A stretch of DNA of 64,000 nucleotides from Pseudomonadota bacterium (GTDB lineage: Bacteria > Pseudomonadota > Gammaproteobacteria > Burkholderiales > JAJZUU01): the NCBI GenBank assembly GCA_021848325.1, contig JAJZUU010000007.1:2341-66340 (forward strand). Direction: 5' to 3'. Positions 1 to 9,311 of the stretch are shown here, one piece after another. The position numbers and the translations under genes are program-made. The notes under the pieces are model-generated. The model ran no database searches. It was not told the origin of the DNA and saw only the letters and a program-made list of their open reading frames with translations. How positions within the stretch are numbered: the stretch's first letter is position 1; every line of letters begins with the position of its first letter.

Positions 1-1459
1 AGATCAAGGGCGAACCCGGGTCCCGGGCCACCTGAAGTCCGGTGTACATCTTGGGGGTGAAGTCGGAAAAGCTGAACAGCATGGGCAGGGCATCGCGCCG
101 CAACACATCGGCGGCGTGGGCGATCACCGGTCCCAGTTCGGCCGCCCGGTCCGCGGGTACGCCCTGCTCCTTCATGGCCGCGGCGAATGCCGCACGGCGG
201 GCGTCCGGCGTCGCCGCGCCGCTCTGCTCGAGCTGCTTCAGGTAGCCGGCAAGAAGCGCCATCATCTTCCCGTCGCCCGGCGAAAAGCCCAGGTCGTCAT
301 AGGTCATATCCTTGTCGCCCATGCGCGCGTAGGCCAGCATGTTGGGGTAAAGCTGGTACACGCGGTAGGTAATCGTGCCGTTTGCCGGGGACTGCAAGGT
401 CACGTCAAGGGAGGGTCCCACGTCCCGCAGCATCTGTTTGCCGGCGTCCTGGGACATGTTGACCACATTGTGCTGCCGCAATTCCGAGATGTTGATCTTG
501 TTGCCCATCTCGTCGCCCAGTTGCTTGTCCACGTTGCTGTGGACCAGTTGCTGCGGAAAATTGGGTTTGGTGAGATCGGTCAGCACGAACGACACCGCCG
601 AGCCGGCGTCTCCGAAAGAGGCCTGGTAGAAGGTAATGCCCTTATAGGTCAGCGGATCGTTGACGGTGATCCGCTTGGCCGCCAGCACCTTGCCGCCTTC
701 CCCTACCAGCGCGAGATCGGTGCGGTAGTCGCTGGGCATGCCGGTGTGGTAATAATCGATGGCGAACTGGTTGTTGCGCACCTCGAACGGCAGCTTGATC
801 TCCCGGTAGCTGCTGCCGTCCTGCACGTAGACGATATCCGCGCTGTCCTTGGTGGGAATGTTCATCACCCCGCGAAAGCCGAAGTGCGAGGTCACCAGCC
901 CTCCGACCGCGATAATCACCACACCGCCGTGCACCAGAAAAAACCCGATCTTTGCCCAGCGCCCCTTGCGGGCCACCAGCAGTTCGTTCCCCTCCCCGTC
1001 GCGGCCGCGCACGAATTCGCGGAATCCGGCTTGGTGCAGGACGCCCCGCACCTGGTCGGGCTGGGCGGCGGCAATCTCGCCCGCAACCTCCATCGTGGCG
1101 GCATCCCCGGGCCAATCCGGGACCTTGGCCAGAGGCTGCATCTGCCGCCAGACACGCGGCCCGAAACGCACCAGGGCGATGCTGACGGACAGCACCAGGA
1201 AGGCCAAAATCCCGATGAACCACCAGGAGGCGTACATATTGTACAGGCCCATGGCGGCGAACACCTTGTACCAGAACGGGCCCAGCTTGGACAGGTAGAA
1301 ATCGGAGGGCTGGTTCTGCTCCAGCACGGTGCCGATCACGCTGAGGCCCGCAACCATGCACAGCAGGAAGATCGCCGTGGGCATGGAAGAGATGAAGTCG
1401 AATATGCGCAGCGCCAGGTTTTTCTGGGATTCGGATTTCGGTACAATCAGTTCGGCCAT
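1..1459 (-). CDS. resB: Cytochrome c biogenesis protein ResB/CcsB (System II), 3' end outside window
   Basis: Not in the ORF track; translated by hand from ATG 1459: MAELIVPK...FISSMPTAIFLL..LSVIGTVLEQ..LGPFW..LYNMYASWWF...KGRWAKIGFFLVHGG...GMPSDYRTDL...ITVNDPLTYKGITFYQASFG...YTGLQVARDPG, typical ResB motifs; frame open to position 1. Confidence 0.9.
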   Translation of the reverse strand, partial: MAELIVPKSESQKNLALRIFDFISSMPTAIFLLCMVAGLSVIGTVLEQNQPSDFYLSKLGPFWYKVFAAMGLYNMYASWWFIGILAFLVLSVSIALVRFGPRVWRQMQPLAKVPDWPGDAATMEVAGEIAAAQPDQVRGVLHQAGFREFVRGRDGEGNELLVARKGRWAKIGFFLVHGGVVIIAVGGLVTSHFGFRGVMNIPTKDSADIVYVQDGSSYREIKLPFEVRNNQFAIDYYHTGMPSDYRTDLALVGEGGKVLAAKRITVNDPLTYKGITFYQASFGDAGSAVSFVLTDLTKPNFPQQLVHSNVDKQLGDEMGNKINISELRQHNVVNMSQDAGKQMLRDVGPSLDVTLQSPANGTITYRVYQLYPNMLAYARMGDKDMTYDDLGFSPGDGKMMALLAGYLKQLEQSGAATPDARRAAFAAAMKEQGVPADRAAELGPVIAHAADVLRRDALPMLFSFSDFTPKMYTGLQVARDPGSPLI

Positions 1460-1569
1460 CGGTACGTCCCATCGAAGATCAGTTGCCGTGCCATTCCTGG
1501 ACAACGGGGCAGGGCGATTTTCCGGGCACGCTTCGCCCGGTTGACTTGATCGAACATTTTAGCAGATCA

Positions 1570-1585
1570 AGCAAGAAAGGTGCCA
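1570..1585 (-). promoter_or_regulatory. Sigma-54 (-24/-12) promoter for resB
   Basis: Minus strand reads TGGCACCTTTCTTGCT, matching TGGCAC-N5-TTGC, 110 nt upstream of the resB ATG. Confidence 0.8.
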
Positions 1586-1666
1586 TTGCATTCGGTTCCG
1601 GACATGGGTGCGCGGTCGCCGAGGAGCCCGCCACCCCGGGAGGGGACCCGGCTTCCGCGGGGTATA

Positions 1667-1686
1667 TTTTCCCATTTCCGGGAAAA
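1667..1686. promoter_or_regulatory. Palindromic operator, candidate enhancer-binding-protein site
   Basis: TTTTCCC-ATTTCC-GGGAAAA with perfect 7-bp arms, about 80-100 nt upstream of the sigma-54 site; near copy at 17799-17818. Confidence 0.6.
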
Positions 1687-1694
1687 CGGTCTTC

Positions 1695-2327
1695 CTATTT
1701 CCCGTTTTCAGGATTCTTCCCGCCGTCCTCGCGCGATCGTCTGGCCGCGCCCGCGGGTTTCTTGGCCAGGGCCGCCTGCCACTCCCAGATGGCCGCGCGC
1801 GCCTTGCGCACGAAGGGGTCGGCATTGCTGGACAAATGGACGTAGGTGCGCATCGCCCCCAGGGCCCCTTCCAGGTCCTTCAGCCCCTCCAGGGACTCCG
1901 CCAGGCCGTAGTAGGCGTTGGCCTGCATCGGGCGCAGGTTGATGGCGGTCTGGAAGAAATCGCGGGCGATGTCGTAGCGCTTCAGGCCGATCATGGCAAA
2001 ACCCATGTTCACGTTGGCCTCGGGCATGTCGGGAGCCAGTTCCAGCAGGCGGTGCAGCGCCGTCGCGGCGTCGTCGTAGCGCCCCGCGTGCAGCATTACC
2101 ACGGCCTCCTTGAAGCGCTGATCGATCTCGGCCCGCCTGGCCTGGCTGGCATGCACCTCGGGCTCCATCACCGGGTCGGCCGGGCGCGTAACGGGGCCCG
2201 CCGCCGGCGGCCCTGCGGGGCCGGCCCCGTGGCCCGGCGAGGACGCCGTCCGCAAAATGCCCGCCACGCCGCCGGCGAAAACCACCAGCGCCAGCAAGAA
2301 CAGCCGGTTGCGCCACCAACCCGTCAT
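1695..2327 (-). CDS. Membrane-anchored TPR protein, probably a cytochrome c maturation accessory
   Basis: 210 aa; N-terminal hydrophobic segment, Pro/Ala linker, TPR helices (AMIGLKRYDIARDFFQTAINLRPMQANAYYGLA); ATG overlaps ccsA stop. Confidence 0.8.
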   Translation of the reverse strand: MTGWWRNRLFLLALVVFAGGVAGILRTASSPGHGAGPAGPPAAGPVTRPADPVMEPEVHASQARRAEIDQRFKEAVVMLHAGRYDDAATALHRLLELAPDMPEANVNMGFAMIGLKRYDIARDFFQTAINLRPMQANAYYGLAESLEGLKDLEGALGAMRTYVHLSSNADPFVRKARAAIWEWQAALAKKPAGAARRSREDGGKNPENGK

Positions 2328-3148
2328 ATCATCCCCTTATGGGGCGCCATGCTCACGAACGGCACCCCGAAAAAAGTCAGAAACGCCAATACGAACACGC
2401 CCAGGATCATCAATGCGCCCAACCGGGGCGAGATCGGGTAGCTCAGACGCAGGTGCAACGCCGCCGCCAGCGCCAGCCAGGTAACGAAGGCCCAGGTTTC
2501 CAGGGGATCCCAGGCCCAGTACCGGCCCCATGCGCCCTGGGCCCATACCGCCCCCGCGATCAGCATCAGGCTCTCGAATACCAGGGCCAGGGTCATGATG
2601 CGCCACGCCAGGGCATCCAGCGACACGTCCGGCGGCATGTCGCGAAACCAGGCTGAAAGACGCGTGCGCCGCAACCACATCACCCCCGCCAAACCGACCG
2701 CCAGCAGGCAGGTGCCGAGAAATACCTTGCCCATGGCCACGTGGGCCCACAGCCAGGGCGTATCGTAGGTCGGCGGCAATGGACCGCCCGCCGGCCGCAA
2801 CACCAGCAGCCACAGCCCCAGCAGCAGAATGACCGGAAGGACCACGACGGAGGTCGGCCGCAGCACCGGCAGCCGCCAATAGGCAAAGGCATAGACCACG
2901 CCGAGGCTGAATAAGTTGCTGAGCAGTATCTCGAACATGTTGAGGAACGGGCCGTGCCCGGTGCGCGCCCAGCGCGCGGCGATGCCGACGGAGACGAGCA
3001 CCAGGGCGGTGAGCAGCATGCCCAGCACGACCTTTTCCCGCTGTTGCCCCCGGGCAACCCCTGCCACCGCGACGCCGGCCGTGACGGCATAGGCGGCGAC
3101 GGCCATCCAGATCCAGGGCAGTTCGGGCGCGCGCGCCAGGGCGTTCAT
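2324..3148 (-). CDS. ccsA: Cytochrome c biogenesis protein CcsA/ResC (heme lyase, WWD domain)
   Basis: Start MNALARAP at 3148 (ATGA overlap with upstream gene); WLWAHV, WAQGAWGRYWAWDPLETWAFVTW, ALHLR; multiple TM helices. Confidence 0.9.
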   Translation of the reverse strand: MNALARAPELPWIWMAVAAYAVTAGVAVAGVARGQQREKVVLGMLLTALVLVSVGIAARWARTGHGPFLNMFEILLSNLFSLGVVYAFAYWRLPVLRPTSVVVLPVILLLGLWLLVLRPAGGPLPPTYDTPWLWAHVAMGKVFLGTCLLAVGLAGVMWLRRTRLSAWFRDMPPDVSLDALAWRIMTLALVFESLMLIAGAVWAQGAWGRYWAWDPLETWAFVTWLALAAALHLRLSYPISPRLGALMILGVFVLAFLTFFGVPFVSMAPHKGMI

Positions 3149-4149
3149 GTGTGCAAGGCCCCATGCCCGGCGGAAAAGCCGGCAGCCCGGCCGGTCCGCT
3201 CCGGGCCCGAAGACCCGAGCCGGCGCCAAAAGTGCCAGGCCAGCCCGCCCACGCCGGCCACCGCCACGACAAACAGCCACGGCAGGGTGGGATCGTAGAA
3301 TATCTTGTACCCCATCCAGGTGCGCAACTCGTCGAAACGCAGGCTGCCGCCCTCCAGGCGCGCCGTTTGTCCCGGCTTCAGCTCGATCCGTCGCCCACCC
3401 GAGGAAACGATCAGGACGCCGCTGCTGTCCTTCCGGTCCATGGTCCAGGCGGCATCCGCTCTGAGGGGGGTCTTGAGCCGCAGCCAGAACCTGATCTCCG
3501 CCCCCCCGGGCGGAGTCCATCTGTTGTCCTGCTTCCAGTCGAACAGTGGATAAGAGGGCATGTGGATCGCTCCGGTTACCGGCTTCCCGTGTTCCGGGAT
3601 CCAGGTAAGCAGGGGCGCAAAGCCCTTGTTGGAACTGGTGTAAAACCGGTAGCCATGCAGGATGAGCGGGTGGTCGTCGCCGACCACCATCGGCACCAGA
3701 CGCCCCGCGCCATCCGGGGCCAGCACCTGGCTGCGGGTGGTGGAACGGCTCAACTCCGGGCCGTAGTCCACGGTGAAAGGGCCCTGCACGAAGAAGACCT
3801 TGGAAAATCCCATGGGGTGCAGTGGGCCCTTGGCCAGGACCTGCACGTCGCCGGGCAGAAAAGCGCTGTCCTCCGTCACCTCCACCACCCCGTCCAGGTG
3901 AACCAGCCGCCCCACCGCCGCCAGGACGACGATCCCCAGCAGCGCCAGGTGGAACACCAGCAGCCCGCCCTGGCGGTTGATGCCCGGGTTGACCGCGATG
4001 GCGGCCAGCAGATTGACCGCCAGCAGGCCCAACGGGGCCACCAGCCACCAAAGGGGGGCGGCAGGGCGGTTGTAGCTCAGCAGCACCCCCGCGCACAGCA
4101 AGGCCATCCCCACCAGGGTGAGTCGGACGGAGGACAACAAACGCAACAT
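3145..4149 (-). CDS. Short ResB/CcsB-like cytochrome c biogenesis protein
   Basis: 334 aa; N-terminal TMs, LLVFHLALL His motif, VVGDDHPLILHGYRFY (ResB NxPL-like), C-terminal YDPTLPWL TM; coupled to ccsA. Confidence 0.75.
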   Translation of the reverse strand: MLRLLSSVRLTLVGMALLCAGVLLSYNRPAAPLWWLVAPLGLLAVNLLAAIAVNPGINRQGGLLVFHLALLGIVVLAAVGRLVHLDGVVEVTEDSAFLPGDVQVLAKGPLHPMGFSKVFFVQGPFTVDYGPELSRSTTRSQVLAPDGAGRLVPMVVGDDHPLILHGYRFYTSSNKGFAPLLTWIPEHGKPVTGAIHMPSYPLFDWKQDNRWTPPGGAEIRFWLRLKTPLRADAAWTMDRKDSSGVLIVSSGGRRIELKPGQTARLEGGSLRFDELRTWMGYKIFYDPTLPWLFVVAVAGVGGLAWHFWRRLGSSGPERTGRAAGFSAGHGALHT

Positions 4150-4153
4150 CCCG

Positions 4154-6637
4154 TCATGGTACGTTATTGCAGGCCTCGGTGCCAGACCACATCCAGAATA
4201 TCCCGGTCTGGCCGTTGCCCGGCGCCCCCACCGAGCCGCAGTTGCCGGCGCTCCAGTTGCCGCTTTTGGCGAAGGTCTTCACCTTCAGCACCGCCCGGTT
4301 GTAATAGGGCGGATTGGTGTAGCCGGCGGTGGTGTTGTTGCGCACCTGGGTCCCCGCCGCCAGCCCCCCTTCCGGACCCACGTCGTTCAGGTTCACCAGG
4401 AACGCCTTGTTCTTCCAGCCGTGGGGCACCGCCACGTGGCACAGGCTGCAGCGGAAGTTGGTCACTACCGCTGCGTGGTAGACGTGCCAGTTGGTGGTCC
4501 CGGCGCCGCCACCGCCGCCGCTGCCGCTGAAGCCGCTCTTGAGCACCGTCGGCGGATTGGGGTTGCCGTACTGGTTGTAGTCGTGGCACTTGAAACACAA
4601 GTCGCCGGGCGTCCCTTCCCCCGTCCCCGTCGTCTTGTCCCCGCTCCATGGCCCCTTCAGGATGAAGTTGTTGGTCGATCCGTGCGGCCCCCATGGCTGG
4701 CCCGTGCCGGGCACCACCGTCCCCGACGCCGTGTTGGAACCATGGCAGTCGCTGCAGTACATGGTCTCGTTACCCACGTTGGCGTTCCACGGGCTCAGCC
4801 ACAGGTTCGCGCTGGCGTTGCCCCGCACCGCCGGCGTGCGCCCGGTGTTCAGCATCACCGGGTGCCACGAGCGGTGGTTGTTGGTCTGGAAGTTGACCGT
4901 GTAGCCCTGCCCCGGCGGCACCCCGGCAAACGCCCCGGAGTCGGTGGTGGTCACTTCCCCCTGGTGGCTCACCGGCGACTGGAATTCCATCGCCTGGTTG
5001 GTGAATTGCAGCAGGCCGTTGGTGCCCGAGGGCGTCCCGCCCCCGGAGGAGCCCAGCATCGGCGGGGTGGTGCCGAAGCCGTAGTCGGAGTGGCATTTGA
5101 GGCAGATCTGGTATTCCCGGGTGACGTAGGATGCGGTCACGGTGGAGTCCACGCTCCCCCCCGGGTCCCCGCGCTTGAGGGTGTAGCTGGCGGGCAACGA
5201 CCCGAAGCTGTGGGCGCTGTAGTTGGGCTCCACCCCCCAGGTGCCCCGGAGCGCCCCGGAAGCGATGTTGCTGCCCAGGATGTGGGTGGACGTGGCGTCC
5301 GGACTGGCCAGGTTGCCGTAGAACACCTGGTTGCGGATGATCCGGTGCGGGTTGTGGCAGTCGGTGCATTCGGCGTGCCGGTTGGTGAGGTTGCCGAATC
5401 CCAGCAGGCTCCTCGATTCGATGAAGTCCGAGCCTTCATTGGTCGGGGCGTCGGCGTTGTAGGTCCCGATGTCATGCACCTCCATCCCCGCCGGCTGGTC
5501 GGTGCTGGTGATGGGCATGTGCCGCGGCAGGCTGAAGTCGTCCTGGATGTCGGCCACGTTGGTGGTGGGGGTGACGATGCTCTGGGCGCTGTTGGTGTGG
5601 CACTGGTAGCAGGTCTGCTCGATCGCCGAGTTGCCGCCGCTCTTGGGCACGGCGGTGCTGTCTGTGCCTTCCCGCAACAGGCGCCGCGCCCCTTGCACGG
5701 TGTGGGGGTCGTGGCAGTTCAGGCACGCCGCCTGCCAGACCTGGGTGCCGCTGGGGAATTCCCGCTGGGCGGCGGCGCTGGCGGTATAGGTCTCGTTGGC
5801 CACCAGCGGGTTGGCGTGGGCGGAGTAGGCCCAGGTCGGCCCCGCCTTGTCGTGACAGGCCAGGCAGATGGTGTCGCTGTTCGGGTTGAATGCGCCGCCG
5901 GTGGGCGCCGCCGCCTGCAGCCGGTTGGCCCGCAGGAATTTGATGTCCCCCAGGGTGGGGTCGGTGTCCCGAATGTGGGGGTCGTGGCAGGTGGTGCACT
6001 CCAGCTTGCCCGCTTCCAGCGGCAGCAGGGGTTTCGTTAGCGAGCCGGGCACCCGCGTGCCCACCGTGGTGCCGTCCGGCGCCCACAGCTCGCCGTCCTT
6101 GGACGCCAGGGTGCTGTCGTAGGTGAACGAGATGGGGTGGTCGTTGGTGAGGTTGACCCCGAGGTCGCGGGTGTAGCCGGTCAGCGCCCCGGCCCCGGTG
6201 GGCATGGTGCCCCCCACCCCGGTGCCGTTCATGGCTATGCTGGCCGGGCTCTGCCCGTTCAGCACGTCCACCGTGCCCAGCGCCATGGTGCCGTCGTGGC
6301 ACGACAGGCACAGCTTGGAATAACCGTCCGGCGCGGCTGCCAGCTCGGCGGGATTGGCGACCATGGAGCTGGAAAGGTACGGCGTGTAGGTGGACCCGGC
6401 CAGCTTGCGGTTCCACAGCGGCGCCTGGATCGGCTCCGCGCCGTGCGGCGTGTGGCAGAATACGCATATCTGCGATTCGCTCACCGCCGTCACGCTGCCC
6501 GTCCCGCTCACCGACAGGTTGTGCTTGGTGTTGCGGATGTCCGCAATCCGCGTCGCCAGCGCCAGCTCCGTCCCCGCCCACAGCAATCCAAGGCCCAGGC
6601 CCGCCGCAATAAACCAGGGGCCAGTTCTTCTGCGCAT
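4154..6637 (-). CDS. Undecaheme c-type cytochrome, copy 1
   Basis: 11 CxxCH (CVFCH, CLSCH, CTTCH, CLACH, CLNCH, CYQCH, CTDCH, CLKCH, CSDCH, CFKCH, CSLCH); signal peptide MRRRTGPWFIAAGL...ALA; start 6637 chosen by homology with copy 2 (track start 6664). Confidence 0.92.
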   Translation of the reverse strand: MRRRTGPWFIAAGLGLGLLWAGTELALATRIADIRNTKHNLSVSGTGSVTAVSESQICVFCHTPHGAEPIQAPLWNRKLAGSTYTPYLSSSMVANPAELAAAPDGYSKLCLSCHDGTMALGTVDVLNGQSPASIAMNGTGVGGTMPTGAGALTGYTRDLGVNLTNDHPISFTYDSTLASKDGELWAPDGTTVGTRVPGSLTKPLLPLEAGKLECTTCHDPHIRDTDPTLGDIKFLRANRLQAAAPTGGAFNPNSDTICLACHDKAGPTWAYSAHANPLVANETYTASAAAQREFPSGTQVWQAACLNCHDPHTVQGARRLLREGTDSTAVPKSGGNSAIEQTCYQCHTNSAQSIVTPTTNVADIQDDFSLPRHMPITSTDQPAGMEVHDIGTYNADAPTNEGSDFIESRSLLGFGNLTNRHAECTDCHNPHRIIRNQVFYGNLASPDATSTHILGSNIASGALRGTWGVEPNYSAHSFGSLPASYTLKRGDPGGSVDSTVTASYVTREYQICLKCHSDYGFGTTPPMLGSSGGGTPSGTNGLLQFTNQAMEFQSPVSHQGEVTTTDSGAFAGVPPGQGYTVNFQTNNHRSWHPVMLNTGRTPAVRGNASANLWLSPWNANVGNETMYCSDCHGSNTASGTVVPGTGQPWGPHGSTNNFILKGPWSGDKTTGTGEGTPGDLCFKCHDYNQYGNPNPPTVLKSGFSGSGGGGGAGTTNWHVYHAAVVTNFRCSLCHVAVPHGWKNKAFLVNLNDVGPEGGLAAGTQVRNNTTAGYTNPPYYNRAVLKVKTFAKSGNWSAGNCGSVGAPGNGQTGIFWMWSGTEACNNVP

Positions 6638-6638
6638 G
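4200..6638. repeat. 2.44-kb direct repeat unit A (pairs with 6873-9311)
   Basis: Offset 2673; shadow-frame translations identical in both copies; differences found at 4278-4279 vs 6951-6952 and 6622 vs 9295. Confidence 0.95.
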
Positions 6639-6814
6639 TGTCGCCCCGCTCCGAAATCTGGCATGCCAATCCGGCTTCGCCGGTCGGCCCACCCGTTATC
6701 TTAGCGTAACGGCACCGGGTCGGAAAACTTTAGCGACTTTGGGGCAAGGGAAAACCAAAAAGCGCCGGGCAGGACCCGCTGCAACCCGCCCGGCGCCTTC
6801 CACGGCGACTGCCG

Positions 6815-9310
6815 TCACGGCACGTTGTTGCAGGCCTCGCTGCCGCCGCCCATCATGCCGACCATCCAGGCAATCCCGGTCTGGCCGTTGCCCGGCGCCC
6901 CCACCGAGCCGCAGTTGCCGGCGCTCCAGTTGCCGCTTTTGGCGAAGGTCACCACCTTCAGCACCGCCCGGTTGTAATAGGGCGGATTGGTGTAGCCGGC
7001 GGTGGTGTTGTTGCGCACCTGGGTCCCCGCCGCCAGCCCCCCTTCCGGACCCACGTCGTTCAGGTTCACCAGGAACGCCTTGTTCTTCCAGCCGTGGGGC
7101 ACCGCCACGTGGCACAGGCTGCAGCGGAAGTTGGTCACTACCGCTGCGTGGTAGACGTGCCAGTTGGTGGTCCCGGCGCCGCCACCGCCGCCGCTGCCGC
7201 TGAAGCCGCTCTTGAGCACCGTCGGCGGATTGGGGTTGCCGTACTGGTTGTAGTCGTGGCACTTGAAACACAAGTCGCCGGGCGTCCCTTCCCCCGTCCC
7301 CGTCGTCTTGTCCCCGCTCCATGGCCCCTTCAGGATGAAGTTGTTGGTCGATCCGTGCGGCCCCCATGGCTGGCCCGTGCCGGGCACCACCGTCCCCGAC
7401 GCCGTGTTGGAACCATGGCAGTCGCTGCAGTACATGGTCTCGTTACCCACGTTGGCGTTCCACGGGCTCAGCCACAGGTTCGCGCTGGCGTTGCCCCGCA
7501 CCGCCGGCGTGCGCCCGGTGTTCAGCATCACCGGGTGCCACGAGCGGTGGTTGTTGGTCTGGAAGTTGACCGTGTAGCCCTGCCCCGGCGGCACCCCGGC
7601 AAACGCCCCGGAGTCGGTGGTGGTCACTTCCCCCTGGTGGCTCACCGGCGACTGGAATTCCATCGCCTGGTTGGTGAATTGCAGCAGGCCGTTGGTGCCC
7701 GAGGGCGTCCCGCCCCCGGAGGAGCCCAGCATCGGCGGGGTGGTGCCGAAGCCGTAGTCGGAGTGGCATTTGAGGCAGATCTGGTATTCCCGGGTGACGT
7801 AGGATGCGGTCACGGTGGAGTCCACGCTCCCCCCCGGGTCCCCGCGCTTGAGGGTGTAGCTGGCGGGCAACGACCCGAAGCTGTGGGCGCTGTAGTTGGG
7901 CTCCACCCCCCAGGTGCCCCGGAGCGCCCCGGAAGCGATGTTGCTGCCCAGGATGTGGGTGGACGTGGCGTCCGGACTGGCCAGGTTGCCGTAGAACACC
8001 TGGTTGCGGATGATCCGGTGCGGGTTGTGGCAGTCGGTGCATTCGGCGTGCCGGTTGGTGAGGTTGCCGAATCCCAGCAGGCTCCTCGATTCGATGAAGT
8101 CCGAGCCTTCATTGGTCGGGGCGTCGGCGTTGTAGGTCCCGATGTCATGCACCTCCATCCCCGCCGGCTGGTCGGTGCTGGTGATGGGCATGTGCCGCGG
8201 CAGGCTGAAGTCGTCCTGGATGTCGGCCACGTTGGTGGTGGGGGTGACGATGCTCTGGGCGCTGTTGGTGTGGCACTGGTAGCAGGTCTGCTCGATCGCC
8301 GAGTTGCCGCCGCTCTTGGGCACGGCGGTGCTGTCTGTGCCTTCCCGCAACAGGCGCCGCGCCCCTTGCACGGTGTGGGGGTCGTGGCAGTTCAGGCACG
8401 CCGCCTGCCAGACCTGGGTGCCGCTGGGGAATTCCCGCTGGGCGGCGGCGCTGGCGGTATAGGTCTCGTTGGCCACCAGCGGGTTGGCGTGGGCGGAGTA
8501 GGCCCAGGTCGGCCCCGCCTTGTCGTGACAGGCCAGGCAGATGGTGTCGCTGTTCGGGTTGAATGCGCCGCCGGTGGGCGCCGCCGCCTGCAGCCGGTTG
8601 GCCCGCAGGAATTTGATGTCCCCCAGGGTGGGGTCGGTGTCCCGAATGTGGGGGTCGTGGCAGGTGGTGCACTCCAGCTTGCCCGCTTCCAGCGGCAGCA
8701 GGGGTTTCGTTAGCGAGCCGGGCACCCGCGTGCCCACCGTGGTGCCGTCCGGCGCCCACAGCTCGCCGTCCTTGGACGCCAGGGTGCTGTCGTAGGTGAA
8801 CGAGATGGGGTGGTCGTTGGTGAGGTTGACCCCGAGGTCGCGGGTGTAGCCGGTCAGCGCCCCGGCCCCGGTGGGCATGGTGCCCCCCACCCCGGTGCCG
8901 TTCATGGCTATGCTGGCCGGGCTCTGCCCGTTCAGCACGTCCACCGTGCCCAGCGCCATGGTGCCGTCGTGGCACGACAGGCACAGCTTGGAATAACCGT
9001 CCGGCGCGGCTGCCAGCTCGGCGGGATTGGCGACCATGGAGCTGGAAAGGTACGGCGTGTAGGTGGACCCGGCCAGCTTGCGGTTCCACAGCGGCGCCTG
9101 GATCGGCTCCGCGCCGTGCGGCGTGTGGCAGAATACGCATATCTGCGATTCGCTCACCGCCGTCACGCTGCCCGTCCCGCTCACCGACAGGTTGTGCTTG
9201 GTGTTGCGGATGTCCGCAATCCGCGTCGCCAGCGCCAGCTCCGTCCCCGCCCACAGCAATCCAAGGCCCAGGCCCGCCGCAATAAACCAGGGGCTAGTTC
9301 TTCTGCGCAT
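6815..9310 (-). CDS. Undecaheme c-type cytochrome, copy 2
   Basis: 831 aa, same 11 CxxCH; C-terminus GIAWMVGMMGGGSEACNNVP vs GIFWMWSGTEACNNVP in copy 1; start overlaps the 3' end of the upstream NHL gene. Confidence 0.92.
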   Translation of the reverse strand: MRRRTSPWFIAAGLGLGLLWAGTELALATRIADIRNTKHNLSVSGTGSVTAVSESQICVFCHTPHGAEPIQAPLWNRKLAGSTYTPYLSSSMVANPAELAAAPDGYSKLCLSCHDGTMALGTVDVLNGQSPASIAMNGTGVGGTMPTGAGALTGYTRDLGVNLTNDHPISFTYDSTLASKDGELWAPDGTTVGTRVPGSLTKPLLPLEAGKLECTTCHDPHIRDTDPTLGDIKFLRANRLQAAAPTGGAFNPNSDTICLACHDKAGPTWAYSAHANPLVANETYTASAAAQREFPSGTQVWQAACLNCHDPHTVQGARRLLREGTDSTAVPKSGGNSAIEQTCYQCHTNSAQSIVTPTTNVADIQDDFSLPRHMPITSTDQPAGMEVHDIGTYNADAPTNEGSDFIESRSLLGFGNLTNRHAECTDCHNPHRIIRNQVFYGNLASPDATSTHILGSNIASGALRGTWGVEPNYSAHSFGSLPASYTLKRGDPGGSVDSTVTASYVTREYQICLKCHSDYGFGTTPPMLGSSGGGTPSGTNGLLQFTNQAMEFQSPVSHQGEVTTTDSGAFAGVPPGQGYTVNFQTNNHRSWHPVMLNTGRTPAVRGNASANLWLSPWNANVGNETMYCSDCHGSNTASGTVVPGTGQPWGPHGSTNNFILKGPWSGDKTTGTGEGTPGDLCFKCHDYNQYGNPNPPTVLKSGFSGSGGGGGAGTTNWHVYHAAVVTNFRCSLCHVAVPHGWKNKAFLVNLNDVGPEGGLAAGTQVRNNTTAGYTNPPYYNRAVLKVVTFAKSGNWSAGNCGSVGAPGNGQTGIAWMVGMMGGGSEACNNVP

Positions 9311-9311
9311 G
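6873..9311. repeat. 2.44-kb direct repeat unit B (pairs with 4200-6638)
   Basis: See unit A. Confidence 0.95.

Noticed and set aside
4154-9311. Diversity-generating retroelement (TR/VR) explanation for the duplicated cytochrome
   Set aside because: The AAG/GTG change is A-specific, but the other SNP runs the opposite way, the tails differ by indels, the repeat is 2.4 kb and no reverse transcriptase is in the window
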